In this document: one piece after another, positions 1 through 6,291 of the stretch
Position numbering within the stretch: the first letter of the stretch is position 1
How the letters are laid out: every line of letters starts with the position of its first letter
Source of the DNA: a virus
DNA length: 64,000 bases
IMG/VR virus record: IMGVR_UViG_3300021085_000017
Span: 28,116 to 92,115 of that record
Strand: one strand, 5' to 3'
Translations under genes and position numbers: made by a program
The notes under the pieces: generated by a model
Database searches by the model: none
Seen by the model: the letters and a program-made list of their open reading frames with translations, nothing else
Told to the model about the DNA's origin: nothing

Positions 1-422
1 TCACCCTCAGACATTCCTGACGCTTTCATAAGACGCTCAACTGCTTTTGTAGTTTTCTTTTCTTGGACTAACTGTTTACCCATTGTGGTATTAAGACCAT
101 CGAATAGTGAACCAAAGCCACCAAACTTTTTATCAATGTCTCTTAATACTCTTTGGCTCGTGTTTGCGTTTGTAGTATCTTTTGCTGTTTGTTTATCAAT
201 ACTTCTTTGAAGTTTTGCACCTTCACCAATTGCTTTACCTGCCTGTTTAACAGTAACAGATTGACCACTCATCATTTTAGTTAAGAGTTCAATTATCTTT
301 GTATTTTGGCTACCAATTTTTTTTAATGCACCTGCCATTTGAGAGGCAGTTGCTTCAGTACTCCACTGGGCAACGTTACCGCCTACACCTGTAATAAAAA
401 CGTCTTGTGAATCATCTGCCAT
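1..422 (-). CDS. N-terminal part of a probable tail tape-measure protein (runs off left edge)
   Basis: Not in ORF track. ATG at 422-420, open to base 1: MADDSQDVFITGVGGNVAQWSTEATASQMAGALKKIG...; helical A/K/T-rich; divergent from hub-chaperone genes; GATAAATA late motif at 521-514. Confidence 0.55.
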   Translation of the reverse strand, partial: MADDSQDVFITGVGGNVAQWSTEATASQMAGALKKIGSQNTKIIELLTKMMSGQSVTVKQAGKAIGEGAKLQRSIDKQTAKDTTNANTSQRVLRDIDKKFGGFGSLFDGLNTTMGKQLVQEKKTTKAVERLMKASGMSEG

Positions 423-445
423 GATAAACCTTTAATTTAGTTATA

Positions 446-476
446 AAAACTTCGTAGTTATTGTTGAAGATAAATA
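446..476 (+). promoter_or_regulatory. Late-type promoter GATAAATA with upstream AAAACTTCGTAG element
   Basis: GATAAATA 469-476 resembles T4 late TATAAATA; same upstream element at 10649 and 18740. Confidence 0.6.
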
Positions 477-534
477 ATTATGTATATACTTAATTACTAA
501 CCTTATTATACTGTATTTATCAAAGGACAAACAA

Positions 535-1383
535 ATGAACACCAATGAGAACCCATTATCCAAATATTTTCGTAAACCGGGAATATATGTACAAATTCCG
601 ACTGGTGGCAGATTTAATCCAGAAATAGAAAAAACTGTATTGGACGAGTTACCTATACTTCCGATGACTGCTATTGATGAAATATCAATGCAAAATCCTG
701 ACGAACTATTAAACGGAGAGGCATTAATAAATCTTATCCGTAGTTGTGTACCATCAATACCTAATCCAAGAAATCTATGTAATATCGATGCAGAGATGAT
801 ATTCTTGGCAATCAAATACGCAACGTATGGTAACGAAGTAGAACATACACACACTTGTTCTGAATGTAGTGAACAAGCAGATTACAATATTGACATCAAT
901 AGCATATTAGGTAAATTCCCAGAAATTTCTGACATTGAGCCAATAAAATACGAAGACCTTAAAATCTTTGTAACTCCGCCAAAAATAGAAAGTCTAACAA
1001 GACTTGCACTTATGGAAGTAGAACAGGCTAGAATTCTAAGTAATATGAGTTCTAATAAGATTGAAGGCGAAGAAGACGAGTTGGCAATGGCAAAAGCATT
1101 TGCTACTAGTTTCAGAAAAGTGTCTAAACAAAACGTAGACTTATTAGTAAGTTCTATAGACAGGATTGAAACTCCAGAAAATGTTATTTTTGAAAAAGAG
1201 ATGATTACAGAATTCATGGATAATATACCAGCAGATGTTGTTAAGAAAATAAATGAAACTGTAAACAATGTTTCACCAAATATAAGTGATATAGCAACAT
1301 TTGAGTTTACTTGTGAGGCATGTAAACACACAGAGGAAGTCACATTTGACATGAACCCTGTAAATTTTTCCTCCGCTGGTTGA
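535..1383 (+). CDS. Baseplate hub assembly chaperone, T4 gp26-like
   Basis: NPLSKYFR..IYV.IPT start, PMTAIDEI, two CxxC motifs (CSEC, CEAC), ends NF; tail gene context. Confidence 0.75.
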   Translation: MNTNENPLSKYFRKPGIYVQIPTGGRFNPEIEKTVLDELPILPMTAIDEISMQNPDELLNGEALINLIRSCVPSIPNPRNLCNIDAEMIFLAIKYATYGNEVEHTHTCSECSEQADYNIDINSILGKFPEISDIEPIKYEDLKIFVTPPKIESLTRLALMEVEQARILSNMSSNKIEGEEDELAMAKAFATSFRKVSKQNVDLLVSSIDRIETPENVIFEKEMITEFMDNIPADVVKKINETVNNVSPNISDIATFEFTCEACKHTEEVTFDMNPVNFSSAG

Positions 1384-1395
1384 AGACTGCCAGCG
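1362..1395 (+). promoter_or_regulatory. Programmed -1 ribosomal frameshift signal
   Basis: A_AAT_TTT heptamer 1362-1368 in frame, 5-nt spacer, stem CGCTGG (1374-1379)/CCAGCG (1390-1395); -1 frame is open into ORF 1380..1601. Confidence 0.7.
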
Positions 1396-1601
1396 ATACT
1401 GACGTAAGAGCGAAACAAGAGTCCTACGAAAAATCACTTGACGCTCTGCACAAATCTTTGTATAAACTTACGTGGTATATGCGTGGTGGCGTTAGTATAT
1501 CCGAGTTACATGACATGCCAGCGGGTCACATCCAACACTTAAATGAGATAGTTTCTGAGAACTTTGAGTTAAGTAAACAGGCTGGAACACCTATTTTATA
1601 A
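1380..1601 (+). CDS. gp51-like baseplate hub assembly protein, probably made as a frameshift extension of the gp26-like protein
   Basis: WYMRGGVSISELHDM motif; TTG start with no evident SD; -1 frame relative to upstream gene. Confidence 0.65.
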   Translation: MKTASDTDVRAKQESYEKSLDALHKSLYKLTWYMRGGVSISELHDMPAGHIQHLNEIVSENFELSKQAGTPIL

Positions 1602-1628
1602 AAAATATAAAAAAAGTTACAAAAAAGG

Positions 1629-1657
1629 TTGACATCCCTTTTCCACTATGTTAGTAT
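1629..1657 (+). promoter_or_regulatory. sigma70-type promoter
   Basis: TTGACA (1629-1634), 17 bp, TGn-TAGTAT (1652-1657). Confidence 0.75.
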
Positions 1658-1672
1658 GGTCACCATAACTAA

Positions 1673-1722
1673 TATAAATCGATACAAATCTAATACAAAT
1701 CCCAAAACCTGATACAAAATCT
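1673..1722 (+). repeat. Short direct repeats ATACAAA(A)TC
   Basis: Copies at 1682, 1693 and 1712 plus related TATAAATC at 1673. Confidence 0.55.
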
Positions 1723-1762
1723 AAAGATATTAAGGCTAATAATGATTCTAATAAGGCAATAC

Positions 1763-2163
1763 ATAGTGGAACTGTTAGTCGGGCTGCCGACTCGGGATTG
1801 AGGGCGTATATTATACATACGTTCGGACAAGTTGGGTGAACTCCGACACTGCTTCTCGTTAACCACAAGAACTGTTTGTATCGAAACATTCGTTACTCTA
1901 AAGGTAATTGAATGACTAGTATTTACCGTACAGAAATGTACAAACCGCAGGTAGGTTTCTAAAACACTACCAACTTTGATGATATTTTATTCTATGTGGA
2001 TTATTCAAAGTGCCGTTGGGTCGAAAGACGCAATACTAAGTTACGAGGGAATCGCCAACCGACCTCGCCATTGCTAGTGGCTAACTTAGACATAGAATCT
2101 GATGAACTTATCAAGTATCTCAGCAGTTGCCCTGTGGATGGGCAATTGTGTCTTCCAAACTAT
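1763..2163 (+). ncRNA. Candidate large structured ncRNA (~400-nt core; transcript probably starts ~1664)
   Basis: About ten hairpins with G-U pairs, two GAAA tetraloops, a three-way junction, a 9-bp long-range pairing and 5'/3' end pairing; no convincing CDS. Confidence 0.65.
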
Positions 2164-2310
2164 CAAGCAGTTATAATCATGGATATAATATTGATATATA
2201 ATTATATGGAAGAAATAAATATCGATGAAATCTTCTTTGAGTGAAACGAAAAGAAATTTCTGAAGATATTAGGTCTTTAGACCTATTAAGATATAAACAA
2301 TGAGATAGCA

Positions 2311-2748
2311 ATGAGTGATTGGACATACAATAATAAAGTTGTAAATGATTTACCTGATAATGTTGAGGGATTTGTATATTTGATTACGAATCTTACAAAT
2401 GACCGAAAATACATAGGTAAGAAGTTAGCAAGATTTAAAACCACTAAACCACCTCTTAAGGGACGTAAGAACAAAAGACGTGGTTATAAAGAAAGTGATT
2501 GGAGAACCTATTGGGGTTCGTCTGACCATTTGAATGCGGACGTAAAAAAATTAGGTCCCGATAAATTTTCACGTGAAATTCTACACTATTGCCCGAGTCG
2601 TGGTGCATTAAGTTATGTAGAAGCCAAAGAACAGTTTGACCGTAGAGTGCTTGAAACGGATGAGTACTATAATGGTATTATCAATGTACGAGTAGGAAGT
2701 TCAAAGATTCTTACTGAGTATCTAAACAGCGTTAAAGAAAAAATATAG
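2311..2748 (+). CDS. GIY-YIG endonuclease, T4 endonuclease II-like
   Basis: GFVYLITN...KYIGKK, YWGSS, REIL, E..EQF, YYNG.I motifs. Confidence 0.85.
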   Translation: MSDWTYNNKVVNDLPDNVEGFVYLITNLTNDRKYIGKKLARFKTTKPPLKGRKNKRRGYKESDWRTYWGSSDHLNADVKKLGPDKFSREILHYCPSRGALSYVEAKEQFDRRVLETDEYYNGIINVRVGSSKILTEYLNSVKEKI

Positions 2749-2983
2749 GCGCTAATATCCACTGATATATTCCTATTACATCAATACATAAGAAAAATAT
2801 ATTTTGTACTATTAAAGGTTTATCTTTTAATATCGCAAAAACGTATATTGCAATCAGATGTCCCGAAGCAAATAATGGAAATGCATATTTAGATTGTGGT
2901 AGATTCAAAGATATGAGTGTTCCAGCACATACAAACATAAGTGTAGCGAGCCACTTTGTGCGTTCTATTGATTTCGGTGACAT
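2732..2983 (-). CDS. Small three-helix membrane protein
   Basis: 83 aa, three hydrophobic segments, SD GAGGAG, CTAAATA late-like motif upstream. Confidence 0.7.
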   Translation of the reverse strand: MSPKSIERTKWLATLMFVCAGTLISLNLPQSKYAFPLFASGHLIAIYVFAILKDKPLIVQNIFFLCIDVIGIYQWILAPIFFL

Positions 2984-3015
2984 GATGGGCTCCTCTAAGA
3001 TACAAGTATTTAGGT

Positions 3016-3052
3016 AAAAGAAAAACCCAACATCATTTCTGACATTGGGTTT
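3016..3052 (-). terminator. Rho-independent terminator
   Basis: Minus strand AAACCCAATGTCA-GAAA-TGATGTTGGGTTT followed by TTCTTTT. Confidence 0.75.
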
Positions 3053-3186
3053 CCCGCCTTACATTTCCTTTTTGTGCTTTTTAGAGTGGTACGTTAAGGT
3101 CTAACCCACCCAACCCCTTTGGGCTGAAGCAACAAGTAGTCTATGTCGATGAGAGAGGTTTAGAGGAGACATAGGCACCTGTTGAT
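3016..3186 (-). ncRNA. Candidate ~170-nt small RNA with CU-rich anti-SD loop
   Basis: Bounded by own sigma70 promoter and terminator; three hairpins; first loop UCCUCUAAACCUCUCUCAUC; no ORF. Confidence 0.7.
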
Positions 3187-3192
3187 TAATAT

Positions 3193-3221
3193 ATAGTAAC
3201 ACAAGCACGAATCAATGTCAA
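3193..3221 (-). promoter_or_regulatory. sigma70-type promoter with TGATTCG (GANTC) in spacer
   Basis: TTGACA-TTGATTCGTGCTTGTGT-TACTAT, 17-bp spacer, extended -10. Confidence 0.75.
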
Positions 3222-3757
3222 GCGTTTTTTGATGTTTTTTTAATATTTTTTTTATATTGAATAGGTCCTTGCTCTGGAGAGATATAATCTTTAAACTCTT
3301 CTAATGCCTGGTTGTATGTTCGGTCAAATATGCTAAATTTTAATACATGTCTTTCTTCTTGCCAAGAGATAATGCTATGTCTTTGTGTTACATCCAATAA
3401 CGCACAATGGTAAGTAAAATCGCCCCAATCTTCGAAATTTACTGGTGCATTATCTTCTGATATTAAAATATTTATACAACAAAGTGTATCTATATCTGCA
3501 TGTGGAGGCACACTATGATACGCATGTTGTTTATAAAATTTAGCCTTTCCTTTTATTAATTCGTTAATTTTAGACACAAATGGCATTTCGTAAGTATCAT
3601 CAACTTTCGCTTGTTCCCAGTGTGGCGCATGTTTAAAGAACCCCTCCTTTATCGAAGAGTCTGAAAATGGAATAAACGTTGCGTTATTCATATCTTCTTT
3701 TAACCCATCTCTATCAATAAGATGCTCTAAATTAAGAAATGTTATTGGACGTATCAT
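3218..3757 (-). CDS. Putative 2OG-Fe(II) oxygenase/cupin-fold protein
   Basis: PPHAD (HxD), CCINILI, distal QRHS and ERHVLKFS. Confidence 0.55.
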   Translation of the reverse strand: MIRPITFLNLEHLIDRDGLKEDMNNATFIPFSDSSIKEGFFKHAPHWEQAKVDDTYEMPFVSKINELIKGKAKFYKQHAYHSVPPHADIDTLCCINILISEDNAPVNFEDWGDFTYHCALLDVTQRHSIISWQEERHVLKFSIFDRTYNQALEEFKDYISPEQGPIQYKKNIKKTSKNA

Positions 3758-4371
3758 ATGTGTACATATGCTCTATAAAGACTTCTTGTTCCTGACACAT
3801 TCTTGTTTGGAGTTCGTCTATGTAACGTTGCAATGTTGTTTGATATCACAACTCTACCAGATATCCACTCTATTTCTTGTATTTCGTTTTTAAAGACTGC
3901 TTCTTCTAATGATTCGTTTCTATATGATGACATTGGACACCATCTAGTGTAATAACCTATATCATCTTGTAGAATGATTGGTCTTTTACCTTTGTAAATC
4001 TTTTTTAAATAATACCTTTTATGTGATTCTTTTTCAAATCTATAAAACAATCCATCATCTATTGCTTCTTTGAATTCATAACCCTCTACGACATCAATGT
4101 GCTTTAGAGCCTCTTCTTCTGATATTCTTGTAGAAACATACTGTGTAGATGGACATTCTTCTTCAGCATGTGAACACCATAATGCTTGATACTGTGGTTG
4201 GTGTTCTATTTGTAAACCATCTTGGTGCCAAATTTGTTCAGTGACTTCTTTAGTCTCTTTACTTGTAATGACTGGCAAGTCTATATCTCTGTTAACTGTT
4301 CCATACTTTTCTAATTCTTTTATAAAATCTTCTTTTGTATGAATGTTATCTATGATTTCAATATCTCGCAT
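3754..4371 (-). CDS. TauD/TfdA-family 2OG-dependent dioxygenase
   Basis: WHQDG, STQYVS, W..G.VVISNN..TLHRR, R.LYR motifs. Confidence 0.75.
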   Translation of the reverse strand: MRDIEIIDNIHTKEDFIKELEKYGTVNRDIDLPVITSKETKEVTEQIWHQDGLQIEHQPQYQALWCSHAEEECPSTQYVSTRISEEEALKHIDVVEGYEFKEAIDDGLFYRFEKESHKRYYLKKIYKGKRPIILQDDIGYYTRWCPMSSYRNESLEEAVFKNEIQEIEWISGRVVISNNIATLHRRTPNKNVSGTRSLYRAYVHI

Positions 4372-4868
4372 ACTTCTTGTTCAACTCCATTTATATCTCT
4401 ATAACCCTCTAATCTGTTATAGTGCCAATTCTCTGGCAAATATTTCTTTGCATATTCAATAGTTAAGTCCATGGTTTTTCCTGGACGTTTGTATAATTCT
4501 GTTGACCAAAATAACTTATTATACCCCATTTTATCTGCCATTTCAATCTGATAAGGTGCTAGATACTTCCACGGATAGCGAATTCTATCACCTCTTATTT
4601 TATATTGTCTAAACTTTGGTGCTATATAACAACGTGAATTGACCCTTGGTGTATTGTCTTCCCAATCGCCAAAAGGCTCGGGCCACAATGGTTTACGTTG
4701 TAATCCACTGAACCCAACTATATCATCATTATACATCAACATACAGAAACATATCATTTCTTGTAACTTTATATTTTCTAATGTATAATTGTCTTTTAGT
4801 TTATCGTTACCACCTGCTATGTCATCAAGTAACCATTGAGGTGGTGCTTCTTCTATTATCTTAAACAC
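4350..4868 (-). CDS. Putative GNAT-fold acyltransferase
   Basis: DIVGFSG, RVNSRCYIAPKFR, A..MGYNKLFWS pattern. Confidence 0.5.
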   Translation of the reverse strand: MFKIIEEAPPQWLLDDIAGGNDKLKDNYTLENIKLQEMICFCMLMYNDDIVGFSGLQRKPLWPEPFGDWEDNTPRVNSRCYIAPKFRQYKIRGDRIRYPWKYLAPYQIEMADKMGYNKLFWSTELYKRPGKTMDLTIEYAKKYLPENWHYNRLEGYRDINGVEQEVCEILKS

Positions 4869-5494
4869 TTTTCAATTATAATTCCTGATATATCATACTT
4901 ACTTAATTTTATCTGTTTACTATTACTATGATGAACATCGTGTGGTCCTTCTCCGCCAGATAAAAGATTTATAAATCTATTAGTGACTGGCTTTCCATCT
5001 TTGTGACCTAGTGAGTTGAATATTCCATAACTCAACCATCCAAATATGAAAGGAGAAACTACAAATATAAGAAAGAATTCTGATGATATCAGTAGAGAAA
5101 TTATTCCTGTAATTCCCCATATCTTTTTCCAATGCTTATGAAAAAACATAACTCTTTTGTTTGTGTACAAATCTCTAACGTATGTTATAGGAATTTCTTT
5201 CACTTTCCAAGTACTGAATAGTACATTAAAAAATCCTATATGTAATGGACTATGTGGGTCTTTTTTAGTGTCAGAATATCTATGGTGAATTCTATGTGCG
5301 CCAATCCATCCTAGTGGACTACGTGAACCTGCTAACAACGATAAAAATAAAACCAATGTCTCCCAAAACGAAGAAAGATATTTAAATTTAAACTGGTTGT
5401 GTGCAAAATATCTATGCAATCCAATAGATAGACCAATTACGCTGATGAATTGGTACCAAATAAATCCTAGCAATATAATAACAAATATACTCAT
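4856..5494 (-). CDS. Membrane fatty acid desaturase (delta-9-like)
   Basis: His boxes HRYFAH, HRIHH, HDVHH; DPHSP; TM segments. Confidence 0.88.
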   Translation of the reverse strand: MSIFVIILLGFIWYQFISVIGLSIGLHRYFAHNQFKFKYLSSFWETLVLFLSLLAGSRSPLGWIGAHRIHHRYSDTKKDPHSPLHIGFFNVLFSTWKVKEIPITYVRDLYTNKRVMFFHKHWKKIWGITGIISLLISSEFFLIFVVSPFIFGWLSYGIFNSLGHKDGKPVTNRFINLLSGGEGPHDVHHSNSKQIKLSKYDISGIIIEKCLR

Positions 5495-5512
5495 ATCTGT
5501 ATTTATGACTGA

Positions 5513-6097
5513 CTATTTTACGCCAGATAATGCAAATCTGTTAAAGACGTTAAGTTCTAATGTGTTTTCGTATGATATTTTGCTGAGAGGATATTTACTT
5601 TTAAAGTCATCTAGTGACTTGCAATTGTTTATATGGTCTTCGATTACCAGATTGTTGCTTTGTATAACAAGTTGAGTTCCTGGTTTAATTCTCTTGTACC
5701 AATCGGTAGTCATGTGTTCACAACTTAGATTGATAATAGTATCAAACTCGTTGATTGCTTCGAATTCATCGATGTTTATAGATTCGTGACCTAGATAGTT
5801 TTTGAATGTGTAATTGAAGCGACCACTAACTTCTTTACATCTTGTGTCCATATCAACTTCATAGAAGTTTATAGATGGATATTTTTCAACTAATGCTCTA
5901 GTAAGAAAGCCTAGCCATGACCCAATGTATAACACTTTTTCAGCATTACTACTTATTGAATCAAAGGCTAGGCTTGCTTGTTTTTTGCTTTGAATTTGAT
6001 TTGTATGGAATGCATCCCGCACTTCTTCGATAGTTAGATGTTTCGCAATCTCACTGTCGTACATCATATCTAAGAATTTTGGAATATATTCTTCCAT
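5513..6097 (-). CDS. Class I SAM-dependent methyltransferase-like protein
   Basis: VLYIGSWLG, EVDMD, IINLSCEHM, VIQSNN motifs. Confidence 0.65.
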   Translation of the reverse strand: MEEYIPKFLDMMYDSEIAKHLTIEEVRDAFHTNQIQSKKQASLAFDSISSNAEKVLYIGSWLGFLTRALVEKYPSINFYEVDMDTRCKEVSGRFNYTFKNYLGHESINIDEFEAINEFDTIINLSCEHMTTDWYKRIKPGTQLVIQSNNLVIEDHINNCKSLDDFKSKYPLSKISYENTLELNVFNRFALSGVK

Positions 6098-6105
6098 ACA
6101 ATTAA

Positions 6106-6282
6106 TTACATATTGTTCTTTTTGTCTTGGATTTCTGCTCTACGAACTTTCGTAAGTTTGCCAATATCGCCTAGTGCTTTTCTGGCACGAGCCGCAGATG
6201 CTTTCACACCCTTTTCTTCAAACTTGGCATTTTCTGCTAAGTATTCTTCCATTAATCTTTGTATTTCTGCATTAGTACTCAT
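6106..6282 (-). CDS. Histone H1-like (Hc1-type) small DNA-binding protein, 58 aa
   Basis: Not in ORF track. MSTNAEIQRLMEEYLAENAKFEEKGVKASAARARKALGDIGKLTKVRRAEIQDKKNNM; AGGAG SD. Confidence 0.75.
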   Translation of the reverse strand: MSTNAEIQRLMEEYLAENAKFEEKGVKASAARARKALGDIGKLTKVRRAEIQDKKNNM

Positions 6283-6291
6283 ATGTTACTC

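Noticed and set aside
1763-2163. Identification as RNase P RNA, tmRNA or group I/II intron
   Set aside because: No GAGGAAAGUCC, tRNA-like ends, P7 R/S or domain V signatures seen; it does not interrupt a gene
1617-2244. ORFs 1617..1889 (-) and 1996..2244 (+)
   Set aside because: No SD or recognisable motifs, atypical composition; region better explained by RNA structure
2311-2748. GIY-YIG gene as a mobile homing endonuclease
   Set aside because: Catalytic domain only, no NUMOD-type DNA-binding tail; resembles endonuclease II-like core genes
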